A stretch of 64,000 bases of DNA from Actinomycetota bacterium (GTDB taxonomy: Bacteria; Actinomycetota; Acidimicrobiia; Acidimicrobiales; Aldehydirespiratoraceae). Below, piece by piece: positions 54,961 to 63,519 of the stretch. How positions within the stretch are numbered: the first letter of the stretch is position 1; each line of letters opens with the position of its first letter. The DNA lies in contig JBCCYT010000004.1 in the NCBI GenBank assembly GCA_039188975.1, positions 258 through 64,257 of the forward strand, given 5' to 3'. The notes beneath the pieces were generated by a model. That model was given only the letters and a program-made list of their open reading frames with translations, did no database searches and was not told where the DNA came from. The translations under genes and the position numbers were made by a program.

Positions 54961-55631
54961 CGTGTCAGAAGCTGCGCAACCTGATCGACCCACTCGTCGA
55001 GGATGCGGGCCCCTTCGTCGGCGCAGGCACCGGTCGGGTCGCCGAGAACGCCGTTGGGCGAGACCGCTTTCACGCCGCGCTCCATCAGCTCGCGAATGAG
55101 ACCCTCCGAGCCTTCGCTCACCCCCGGCTCCGCGGCACCAAGGCGGACTCGCTCCGGCGCGATCGCCAACATGATCGATGTTTCGATTCGCCCGGCATGC
55201 AGGTCGAATCCGATCGCGGCCTTGTCGAGTCGGGCCGACCACGCTCGGATCGGTCGGCCCTCGAAGTCGCACGTCTTGACCGCGCTGCGGATGGCGCCAA
55301 CATTGCCGCCATGGCCGTTCACCAACACTGTTCGCTCAAACTCCGGCCCTGCCGTCCGCACGATCTCGACGATCGCGGACGCGAGCACCTCGGTGCCGAT
55401 CGAGAGCGTGCCCGCAAACCCTGCGTGTTCTCCGGCCGCCCCGATCGCCAGCGCAGGCGCGACCACGGCGGCCGGGATGCGAGCGGCAGCGCGGGTTGCC
55501 ACCGTCGTCGCAATCACGGTGTCGGTGTCGAGCGGAAGGTGCGCACCGTGCTGCTCAGTCGACCCCAAAGGCAACACGAGCGTGCGCCGCTCTCCCACCT
55601 CCGGGAAGGCGAGATCGCCCAACAACACCAT
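54957..55631 (-). CDS. mftE: creatininase-family protein, MftE-like (mycofactocin precursor peptidase candidate)
   Basis: Contains LPLGSTEQHGAHLPLDTDT and NGHGGN. The symbol is inferred from coupling to the SDR and the presence of an MftD-like gene 6 kb away. Confidence 0.5.
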   Translation of the reverse strand: MVLLGDLAFPEVGERRTLVLPLGSTEQHGAHLPLDTDTVIATTVATRAAARIPAAVVAPALAIGAAGEHAGFAGTLSIGTEVLASAIVEIVRTAGPEFERTVLVNGHGGNVGAIRSAVKTCDFEGRPIRAWSARLDKAAIGFDLHAGRIETSIMLAIAPERVRLGAAEPGVSEGSEGLIRELMERGVKAVSPNGVLGDPTGACADEGARILDEWVDQVAQLLTR

Positions 55632-55701
55632 GACCGGAGCGTAGGCCGACGATCGGTGGTTCCGCTCTCGGTGGTGGTGCCCTCATCACTACACTCGCCC
55701 G

Positions 55702-57735
55702 ATGGCTGAGCGTGAGCGACACCTGGCGCACATCCCCGCGCTCGACGGCATCCGCGGCCTCGCCGTCGTTGCGGTGCTGTTCTTCCACGGTGGGTTCAGC
55801 TGGGCGGTCGGCGGCTGGCTCGGAGTTTCGCTCTTCTTCACCCTCTCGGGTTACCTGATCGCCTCGGTGACGATCGTCGAGTTCCAGGCCGAGGGCCGCG
55901 TCTCGCTTCGTGGGTTCTGGGAACGGCGACTGCGGCGACTGCTTCCGGCGGCGCTGGTCACGCTGACCGGGGTTTCGTTGCTGAGTCGCTGGTTGGTCTT
56001 CGACAACCAGCTCGACGCATTGCGAGGCGACATCATCGCTGCGCTGTTCTATGTGGCCAACTGGCGTTTCTGGGAGCGAGGCGAGTCGTACGCCGACGTC
56101 TTCGGAGCGCCATCGCCGGTCGTGCACTTCTGGAGCTTGTCGATCGAAGAGCAGTTCTACTTCGTCTTTCCCGTGATTGCCGTCGTCGCCCTCGCGACAG
56201 GCGGCCTGCGGCGACTCGGGATCGTCATCGGGTTACTCGCGGTTTCGTCGCTCGCCGCAGCGTTGCTGATCACCGGCGCCGACCGCTCCTACTTCGGTAC
56301 CGACACCCGAGCGTTCGAGATCTTGCTCGGCGTGCTCGTCGCGATCTGGCACCGGGCGCCCCGCACCGAGCATGCGATGGTCGAACGGGCGGTGACGTGG
56401 ATGGCGTGGCCGGCATGGATCATTGCCGTCATCGCCGTGAACACGATCAGCACCTCTGACCCGCGGGTGTCGAGCTGGTTGCTCCCTGCGTTCGCGGTGC
56501 TCTCGGTCGTGGTGATCCTCGCGGCGACCGTACGAGAGCGTCCACTGTCTCGCGCCCTCGCCAACCCCGTGTTCACCGGCCTCGGCACCCTGTCCTACGG
56601 CATCTACCTCTACCACTGGCCAATCTTCGGGCTGCTCACTGCGCAGCGAGTGGGTTTCGGCGGCTGGTCGCTGTTCGGCCTACGGATCGCCGTCACCCTC
56701 GTCGTTGCGGCGGTTTCCTACGTGCTGATCGAAGCGCCCGTGCGCCGGCGTCGGGCGCTGGTCACGCCACGACAGCTCGGCGTCGGGCTCTCCGCCGGGG
56801 CGGCGCTGGCGGCGATGCTCGCCTTCGCGATCGTGCGCACACCAGCAGCCGAACCGGTCGACCTCACGATCGCGGCGGCTGTCCCCACCACCTCGACCGT
56901 CCCGACGACGACATCAGAACCCGCGGCGGCCGACGACGCCGACGCCGAAAGCGAAGACGAAGACGAGCCAGACCCGGCACCCGCAGACACGACCCCGCCT
57001 CCCCCGCCCCCGCCGACATTCGAACGCCCGGTCCGGATCCTTGCCGTCGGCGACTCGACTGCCCGATCCGCAGGCGAGGGGCTCGAAGCATGGGGCCTGG
57101 CGAGTGGCGATGCCGAAATCAGCATCATCGACGCGCCCGGCTGCGGGGTGATCGACGAAAACAAGTTCCGGCACCAAGCGGACGATGTCGGTGGCGCGAT
57201 CGTTCCGGACTACTGCCGGAACTGGGTCGAGCAGTGGACGACCCGCATCGAAGGATTCCAGCCCGACATCATCACCGTCTTTTACGGCCCGTTCGACACC
57301 GTCGACCGCGATGTCGACCTCGACGACGACTGGGAAAGCCCCGGCGAACCATCCCACGACGCGGTGTATGCCGCTGACTTCGCCAAAAAGATCGACGTGT
57401 TGGCCGCCAGCGAGATCCCGGTCGTCTGGATGGCCCCGCCGTACGTGTGGGCTGACTCGCCCCGGGGCAGCGGCAACCGGTCTCTCACCACCCTTCCCGA
57501 CCGGGTCGATGAGCTCACCAACCTGCTCACCACGCTGACGGAGGCCGACGATCGAGTCCGGCTCGCGCCCTACGGCCGCCTCGTCGATGGCGGCGAGCAA
57601 GAGGTCGACTTCGACCAGCGTTACGACGGCATCCACTTCAGCGATGGCGTCGCGGCAGCCCTGGCCCGCGACGGCATGTTCGCCATGATCCTCGACGAAG
57701 CCGCTGCCTTACTCGTGGCCCAGGCGGAGCCGTGA
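55702..57735 (+). CDS. acyltransferase-3 membrane protein with a C-terminal SGNH-like domain (paralog of 8988..11045)
   Basis: Contains LDGIRGLAVVAVLFFH...FFTLSGYLI, a Pro/Thr/Asp linker, GDSTARS and DGIHFS. Confidence 0.8.
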   Translation: MAERERHLAHIPALDGIRGLAVVAVLFFHGGFSWAVGGWLGVSLFFTLSGYLIASVTIVEFQAEGRVSLRGFWERRLRRLLPAALVTLTGVSLLSRWLVFDNQLDALRGDIIAALFYVANWRFWERGESYADVFGAPSPVVHFWSLSIEEQFYFVFPVIAVVALATGGLRRLGIVIGLLAVSSLAAALLITGADRSYFGTDTRAFEILLGVLVAIWHRAPRTEHAMVERAVTWMAWPAWIIAVIAVNTISTSDPRVSSWLLPAFAVLSVVVILAATVRERPLSRALANPVFTGLGTLSYGIYLYHWPIFGLLTAQRVGFGGWSLFGLRIAVTLVVAAVSYVLIEAPVRRRRALVTPRQLGVGLSAGAALAAMLAFAIVRTPAAEPVDLTIAAAVPTTSTVPTTTSEPAAADDADAESEDEDEPDPAPADTTPPPPPPPTFERPVRILAVGDSTARSAGEGLEAWGLASGDAEISIIDAPGCGVIDENKFRHQADDVGGAIVPDYCRNWVEQWTTRIEGFQPDIITVFYGPFDTVDRDVDLDDDWESPGEPSHDAVYAADFAKKIDVLAASEIPVVWMAPPYVWADSPRGSGNRSLTTLPDRVDELTNLLTTLTEADDRVRLAPYGRLVDGGEQEVDFDQRYDGIHFSDGVAAALARDGMFAMILDEAAALLVAQAEP

Positions 57736-57755
57736 TCGGCGGTTAACGTCCGCCC

Positions 57756-59417
57756 ATGGCAACGCCCCAGCAGATCACCTGCTTCGGACCTGACTTCCCG
57801 TTCGACTACCCGACCTGGCTCACTCACCCCGCCGGTCTGGCCCGGGTGCCGGAGACCCAACAGGGATCCGAAGTCGCGATCGTCGGCGCGGGAATCGCGG
57901 GCATCGTTGCCGCTCACGAGTTGATGAAACTGGGGCTTCGACCAGTCGTGTACGAGTCGGGTCGGATGGGCGGTCGCCTCCGGTCGCAGCGGTTCGGCGC
58001 GGCTGACGACGTCATCGCGGAACTCGGCGGTATGCGGTTCCCGCGGTCGGCGGCGTCGTTCTTCCACTATGTCGATCTCCTCGGCCTGCGAACCCGACCA
58101 TTCCCGAATCCGCTGACCCCAGCAGCTCCCACCACGGTCATCGACCTGGCCGGCAAGACCATCCACGGCGAGACGCTCGATGATCTCCCGCCGCTGTTTC
58201 GAGAGGTCGCCGACGCGTGGAACGACGCACTCGAAGAGCATGCGTCGTTCTCGACGATGCAGGCCGCCATGCGGGCCAAGGATCCGGCTGCGGTTCGGGC
58301 GATCTGGTCCGACATCGTCGAGGAATGGGATGAGCGCACGTTCTACGACTTCGTCGCATCGGCCGAGTCGTTTCGGCGCCTGACGTTTCGACACCGCGAG
58401 ATCTTCGGCCAGGTCGGGTTCGGCACGGGCGGCTGGGACAGCGACTTCCCGAACTCGATGCTCGAGATTCTCCGGGTTGTCTTCACCGCCATGGACGAAG
58501 ACCAGCACCTGATCGTCGGTGGCGCGGAACAGGTCGTTCGGGGGCTGTGGGCTCACGCCCCGGCGGCCGACGAACTCGTGCACTGGGAACCGGGCACCAG
58601 TCTCGACTCGCTCCACGGTGGCGCCCCCCGGCCGGGGGTCGCGGCGATCGAACGCGACGGGGTCAGCCTGGCCGTCACCGACCGCAACGGGGTCCGGCGT
58701 TGCTATCCCGCCGTGCTCGTCACGACCCAGAGTTGGTTGTTGACGACGTCGATCGATGTCAACGAAGGACTGTTCTCCCAAGACCACTGGATGGCGCTCG
58801 ACCGAACCCGGTACATGCAATCGGCGAAGACGTTCGTGATGGTCGACCGGCCGTTCTGGAAGGACATCGACCCGGAAACCGGCAAGCCAGTGATGGGCAT
58901 GACCCTCACCGATCGCAACACTCGGGGGACCTACCTGTTCGACAACGGCGACGGGCAACCCGCCGTGATTTGCTTGAGCTACTCGTGGGAAGGCGACGCC
59001 GCGAAGGTGCTGGCGAAGAGCGCCGCGCAGCGAGCACAGCTGGCACTTGCGACGCTCGAGAAGATCTACCCCAAGACCGACATTCGCAGCCACGTCATCG
59101 GCGAACCGATCACGGTGAGCTGGGAAAGCGACCCCGATTTCCTCGGCGCGTTCAAAGGCGCCCTGCCCGGCCACTACCGCTACAACCGCCGCATGTACAC
59201 CCACTTCATGCAGGACGATTTCCCGGCTGTGCACCGCGGGATCTTTCTCGCTGGAGACGACGTCAGCTGGACGCCCGGATGGGCGGAAGGCGCAGTGCAG
59301 ACCGCGCTCAACGCCGTGTGGGGCATCGCCGCCCACTTCGACGGCGGAGCCGACCCGGCCAACCCCGGTCCCGGCGACGTGTGGGCTGACCGAGAGCCGT
59401 TCGCCCGCCCCAACTGA
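57756..59417 (+). CDS. FAD-dependent amino-acid 2-monooxygenase-like flavoprotein (lysine/tryptophan 2-monooxygenase family)
   Basis: Dinucleotide fold VAIVGAGIAGIVAAHELMKLGL...GGR. The N-terminal FGPDFPF and C-terminal FLAGDDVSWTPGWAEGAVQTALNAVWG resemble DavB/IaaM as I recall them. Confidence 0.65.
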   Translation: MATPQQITCFGPDFPFDYPTWLTHPAGLARVPETQQGSEVAIVGAGIAGIVAAHELMKLGLRPVVYESGRMGGRLRSQRFGAADDVIAELGGMRFPRSAASFFHYVDLLGLRTRPFPNPLTPAAPTTVIDLAGKTIHGETLDDLPPLFREVADAWNDALEEHASFSTMQAAMRAKDPAAVRAIWSDIVEEWDERTFYDFVASAESFRRLTFRHREIFGQVGFGTGGWDSDFPNSMLEILRVVFTAMDEDQHLIVGGAEQVVRGLWAHAPAADELVHWEPGTSLDSLHGGAPRPGVAAIERDGVSLAVTDRNGVRRCYPAVLVTTQSWLLTTSIDVNEGLFSQDHWMALDRTRYMQSAKTFVMVDRPFWKDIDPETGKPVMGMTLTDRNTRGTYLFDNGDGQPAVICLSYSWEGDAAKVLAKSAAQRAQLALATLEKIYPKTDIRSHVIGEPITVSWESDPDFLGAFKGALPGHYRYNRRMYTHFMQDDFPAVHRGIFLAGDDVSWTPGWAEGAVQTALNAVWGIAAHFDGGADPANPGPGDVWADREPFARPN

Positions 59418-59430
59418 CGGGGCCGAGCCG

Positions 59431-59457
59431 CAGCTTAGCTAACCTTGGCTAAGCTGT
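59431..59457 (+). promoter_or_regulatory. 9-bp inverted repeat (cagcttagc-N9-gctaagctg) overlapping the antitoxin start; candidate TA operator
   Basis: Read directly. It sits in a locally AT-richer patch immediately 5' of the Phd/YefM-like gene. Confidence 0.45.
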
Positions 59458-59710
59458 GCCCGTGTCGACGCATGTGGTCAATACCCATGAGGCCAAGAGC
59501 AGGTTGTCCGAACTGATTCGCGCCGCCGAGGCCGGCGACGACGTGATCGTCGCCCGCAACGGGGAGCCAGTCGCTCGGATCGTGGCGTGGCAACCCGAGA
59601 GCAAGCGGCGAAGCCCAGGCGCCTGGAGTGGTCGCGTGCGAATCGATGACGACATCGTCACCTCGGACCCAGAGATCGTTGCACTCTTCGACGAATCCCC
59701 CGCAACGTGA
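59456..59710 (+). CDS. type II antitoxin, Phd/YefM-like
   Basis: Contains NTHEAKSRLSELIRAAEAGDDVIVARNGEPVARIV, and has a GTGA overlap with the PIN toxin gene. Confidence 0.8.
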   Translation: MPVSTHVVNTHEAKSRLSELIRAAEAGDDVIVARNGEPVARIVAWQPESKRRSPGAWSGRVRIDDDIVTSDPEIVALFDESPAT

Positions 59711-60084
59711 GGCTCCTGCTCGACAGCCATGCCGCCTTGTGGTGGCTCGCCAACGACGGACTCGGCGACGGATGCCAACAGATGATCAGCGAGGCGGACG
59801 AGGTCTTCATCTCACCGGTCACGCCATGGGAGCTCGGCATCAAACGCGCACGCGGCAAGGTCGACTTCCCCGCCGGGTTGCTGGAGGAACTCGAAGCGAC
59901 AGGTTTTGTGGAGCTGCCGATCACGAGCAGACATGCCGAGATGGCGGCCGAGCTTCCCGACCTGCACCGCGACCCGTTCGACCGCATGCTGGTGGCTCAG
60001 TCTAAGGCCGAGCATCTGACACTTGTCACGGCCGACGGCTCTCTCGCCGTGTACGGCATCGACATCCTCGACGCCGCGGCCTGA
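59707..60084 (+). CDS. vapC: type II toxin, PIN-domain VapC family
   Basis: Contains LLLDSHAALWW..., ISPVTPWEL and DPFDRMLVAQS. 125 aa. Confidence 0.8.
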   Translation: MRLLLDSHAALWWLANDGLGDGCQQMISEADEVFISPVTPWELGIKRARGKVDFPAGLLEELEATGFVELPITSRHAEMAAELPDLHRDPFDRMLVAQSKAEHLTLVTADGSLAVYGIDILDAAA

Positions 60085-60102
60085 TGCGCTAGACCGAGCG
60101 TC

Positions 60103-61449
60103 ATGACGCCCGACGAGTATCAAAGGCTCGACGCCACGGCGATCGCTGCCGCGGTCCACGCCGGCGAGGTCACCATCGCCGAGATCCATACGGCGGCGAC
60201 GACCATGCACGAGCGCACCCACGCCGACATCAACGCGGTGGTCGAGTGGTACGACGACCCGTCGGTTGGCGGCGACACCGGCCCGCTGGCTGGCGTGCCG
60301 TTCCTGCGCAAGGACTACGGCTCCACCGAAGCGGGCCGGCTGCAAGAGATGGGAAGCCGGTTGTGTGCTGGCGTTCGGGCGTCGACGACCAGCCCGATGT
60401 ACCGACGGCTCGCCACCGCCGGCGCCCAGATCGTCGGTCGTTCTGCGGTGCCGGAGTTCGTCATGCACGGCACGACCGAATCGATCGCAACCGGGGCCAC
60501 CCGCAACCCGCATGACCTCTCGCTGTCGGTCGGCGGGTCGTCCGGTGGCTCGGCCGCGGCGGTCGCTGCGGGGGTCGTACCCGCCGCCCACGCCACCGAT
60601 TGCGCGGGGTCGATCCGCATCCCCGCTTCGGCCTGTGGCCTCTACGGGTTGAAGCCGACCAGTCGCATGATCCCCCTCGACCAGGGCGACTGGGGCGGGA
60701 TCGCGGTCGAGTTCGTCGTCAGCCGGTCGGTTCGCGACCAGCGGCGCTTTCTCGAAGTGCTGGCCGACGGCACCTTCAATCCGCAACGCGGTGCCCTTCG
60801 CATCGGGATGACCACGGTGCACTGGGGTGGCATGCCGATGGGCCCGGGCATGGTCGACGGGCTCGAACGGGTGGCGGAGGTGCTGACCGAGGCCGGCTAC
60901 GAGGTCGTGCCGATCGATCCGCCAGTCGACCTCGCCACGGTGATGCGGGGGTGGGATGCCCACTTCGGGCGCTGGGTTGCGCTCGATGTCGAGCGATGGG
61001 CCGGGGCCACGGGGCGACCAATCGACGACACCACACTCGAGCCGATCACGCTGCGCCAGCTCGAGCAGGTGAACGCCACCACGGTCGGTCAGCTCAGCGC
61101 CGACCAGCTCGCCGCCGATCGGGCGCTCGCCGCGATGGACGCATCGCTCGACGAGCGAGGCATCGATGTCGTGTTGAGTGCCACCAACGACATCGCTGCG
61201 CTGCCGCTCGACTACATGTCTGGCCTGCTCCCCGACATGGCGACCTACCTCGAACGCAACGACGAGTTCTTCTCGTCACTCTTCCCGGCCAACATCAGTG
61301 GCCGACCCGCGATGTCGGTGCCGATGGGACGAGTCGGATCGGCACCGGCCGGCGCGCAACTGATGGGGCGTCGGGGTGACGATCAGCTGCTGCTCGATCT
61401 GGCGGCCGTGGTCGAGACGGCTGCGATCGCAACGGTACCGCTCGGGTAA
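60103..61449 (+). CDS. amidase-signature (AS) family amidase
   Basis: Contains the [14 protein letters not shown] signature and the Ser-cisSer-Lys context (FLRKDY...). Confidence 0.85.
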   Translation: MTPDEYQRLDATAIAAAVHAGEVTIAEIHTAATTMHERTHADINAVVEWYDDPSVGGDTGPLAGVPFLRKDYGSTEAGRLQEMGSRLCAGVRASTTSPMYRRLATAGAQIVGRSAVPEFVMHGTTESIATGATRNPHDLSLSVGGSSGGSAAAVAAGVVPAAHATDCAGSIRIPASACGLYGLKPTSRMIPLDQGDWGGIAVEFVVSRSVRDQRRFLEVLADGTFNPQRGALRIGMTTVHWGGMPMGPGMVDGLERVAEVLTEAGYEVVPIDPPVDLATVMRGWDAHFGRWVALDVERWAGATGRPIDDTTLEPITLRQLEQVNATTVGQLSADQLAADRALAAMDASLDERGIDVVLSATNDIAALPLDYMSGLLPDMATYLERNDEFFSSLFPANISGRPAMSVPMGRVGSAPAGAQLMGRRGDDQLLLDLAAVVETAAIATVPLG

Positions 61450-61458
61450 CGTCGACCT

Positions 61459-61869
61459 GTGACCGACGCCTGGGTGACGGAGATCGAGGAGCTACACGCC
61501 TTCTTCGAGGCGTACTTCCTCGGCACCATCTCGGTCGACGACATCAGCCGGTTCGCTGAGGTACTCGATCCCCACTTCGAGATCGTTGCCCCGAACGGAA
61601 GCGTGAGCGATCGGGCGGGGACGATCACCGCTGTCTCGGCTGGTCACGGGCATGCGGTCGACATGGCGATCATCACGCGAGATCACCAACTCGTCCACGC
61701 CGACGACGCCATCGTTGTCGCGTCGTACGTCGAGCGTCACGAGTGGAGCGACGGACGCGAGAACGAGCGGCTCAGCACCGTGGTGTTTCACCGCGACGAC
61801 ACGAAGCCGAACGGTCTGCGTTGGCGACGCGTCCACGAGACGTGGACCCAGCACGAGTCGCTCAGCTGA
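61459..61869 (+). CDS. SnoaL/DUF4440-like (NTF2-fold) protein
   Basis: 136 aa with EELHAFFEAYFLG..., typical of DUF4440. The start is GTG. Confidence 0.5.
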   Translation: MTDAWVTEIEELHAFFEAYFLGTISVDDISRFAEVLDPHFEIVAPNGSVSDRAGTITAVSAGHGHAVDMAIITRDHQLVHADDAIVVASYVERHEWSDGRENERLSTVVFHRDDTKPNGLRWRRVHETWTQHESLS

Positions 61870-63042
61870 TCAACCGATTCGAGGGGGTGAAAAGCCGTCG
61901 GGGACGATCACGTGATCAGGCGTGAGGTCGCCGATCGCGCCGACACCAATGCCACGCATCGTCGCATCGATCCCGCCGCGGATGACATCGAGCACGTTCT
62001 CGACACCGGCCGTGCCGTTTGCGGCGAGGCCCCACAGGTAGGCACGACCGATCAGCACGGCATCCGCGCCGAGGCAGAGCGCCTTGACCACATCGGAACC
62101 GCGCCGGATGCCACCGTCCATCACGACCTGGATGTCGTTGCCAACCGCAGCGGCGATCTCGGGCAGCACCCGGATCGAGGCCGGCGCCGAGTCGACATTG
62201 TTGCCGCCGTGATTCGACACGGAGATCGCGGTGCAACCAGCGTCGACGGCCCGGCGGGCCTCGTCGGCGCGCACGACACCTTTCACCATGAACTCGCCGT
62301 CCCACTGCGAGCGCAGCCACGCCACGTCCTCCCACGTGGGAGGTGGGGTCATCATCCACGCGCCGTACGCCTCGAAGAACACCGGGGGCTTCGACCCATC
62401 GGTCACGAAGTTCGGGACGCCGAGCATCGGGATGGTGCCAGCCTTGATCCACGACCACATGAACTTCGGCTTGCGGATCACCGACGGCACCTGGGGCAGG
62501 AGTTCCTTGATGGTGAACGCTTGGGGAATCTGCGGACTGCCCCAGTCGCGACCATGGCTGAACGACCAGTCGAGGGTCAAGATCATGCCGACCGCACCCG
62601 CCGCCTTCGCTCGTTCCATGCGGGCGACCATCGAGTCCTTGTCGCCTGCCCAGTAGATCTGGAAGAAGGTCTGACCGTTGACTTCGACGACGTCTTCGAT
62701 CGGCATCGACGCAAACGACGAGAGCCCCATCGGGATGCCGCGGTTGGCGGCCGCACGGGCAACGCCGACCTCGCCATGCGGGTGGATTCCCTGGGCGCCG
62801 GTCGGCGAGATCATCACCGGCATCGACGACGGCTGGCCCATGATCGTCGTGTCCATCTGCCGCTCGCCGGGCTGACCGGCGGTGACGGGGCGGAAGCCCA
62901 ACTCATCGAAGGCGGAGGTGTTGTCGCGCATGGTGACGCCGGCTTCGGCGCCGGCGACGATGGCGCCGTACGACGAAGCAGGGAGCCTTTTCTTGGCTCG
63001 CTGCTGGGCGATGGCGATGGTTTCGAACCAGGGATTGGCCAT
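61870..63042 (-). CDS. mftD: FMN-dependent alpha-hydroxy-acid dehydrogenase family, MftD-like (pre-mycofactocin synthase candidate)
   Basis: N-terminal WFETIAIAQQRAKKRLP, plus SVSNHGGNNVDSAPASI and GGIRRGSDVVKAL. It resembles Rv0694-type proteins as I recall them. The start is ATG 63042. Confidence 0.6.
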   Translation of the reverse strand: MANPWFETIAIAQQRAKKRLPASSYGAIVAGAEAGVTMRDNTSAFDELGFRPVTAGQPGERQMDTTIMGQPSSMPVMISPTGAQGIHPHGEVGVARAAANRGIPMGLSSFASMPIEDVVEVNGQTFFQIYWAGDKDSMVARMERAKAAGAVGMILTLDWSFSHGRDWGSPQIPQAFTIKELLPQVPSVIRKPKFMWSWIKAGTIPMLGVPNFVTDGSKPPVFFEAYGAWMMTPPPTWEDVAWLRSQWDGEFMVKGVVRADEARRAVDAGCTAISVSNHGGNNVDSAPASIRVLPEIAAAVGNDIQVVMDGGIRRGSDVVKALCLGADAVLIGRAYLWGLAANGTAGVENVLDVIRGGIDATMRGIGVGAIGDLTPDHVIVPDGFSPPRIG

Positions 63043-63212
63043 GGGGAACGCTCCGAACGATCGGCTGCCGAGGGTACTGGCGCCCCGAACCGCCCCGACA
63101 ATTCGGGCTCCGAGGGCAAAACGGCATCGACCGGCCCAATCGGGCCGGTCGATGGACACCGCTCAGGCCCGGGGGCCGGCGGTCAGATCACGTCACGGAC
63201 GCTGGCCAGCGG

Positions 63213-63407
63213 TCAGTCTTCTTCGCCGTCGATCTTGTCGGCCATGTCCTTGGCCTTCTCGGCGGCCATGTCGACCTTGTCGTCGTGCTCGTCGGGCACG
63301 AGGCCCTTCGCCATGTCGGCGGCCTTGTCGATGCCGTCCTCGACGACATCTTCGAGCTTGTCCGCGTTGCTACCGAGCAGACCCTTGGCCTTGTCGAAAA
63401 TCCCCAT
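63213..63407 (-). CDS. Rv0909/MT0933-like small protein (putative antitoxin family)
   Basis: Begins MGIFDKAKGLLGSNADKLEDVVEDGIDKAAD. 64 aa and acidic. Confidence 0.55.
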   Translation of the reverse strand: MGIFDKAKGLLGSNADKLEDVVEDGIDKAADMAKGLVPDEHDDKVDMAAEKAKDMADKIDGEED

Positions 63408-63519
63408 GATGGTCCTCCTTGTGGGGTCAGCCTGACCCTATCGGCCTGCCGTTCGCGAAGGAACGGTCGAGCCAGACGTGGGTAGACTGGTGGGAAACCA
63501 GGTTCACAAGGAGCGGTCT

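Noticed and set aside
57621-59336. A 571-aa minus-strand ORF antisense to the flavin monooxygenase gene. Similar cases are 59812..60963, 61912..63435, 52466..53800, 36255..37496 and 34973..35788.
   Set aside because: All are antisense shadows of genes with strong family motifs, and none shows a recognisable domain.
63423-63437. A 15-bp palindrome GGGTCAGCCTGACCC in the divergent region before the BI-1 gene
   Set aside because: It is short and GC-rich with a 1-nt centre, so it could arise by chance in this composition. There is no supporting context.
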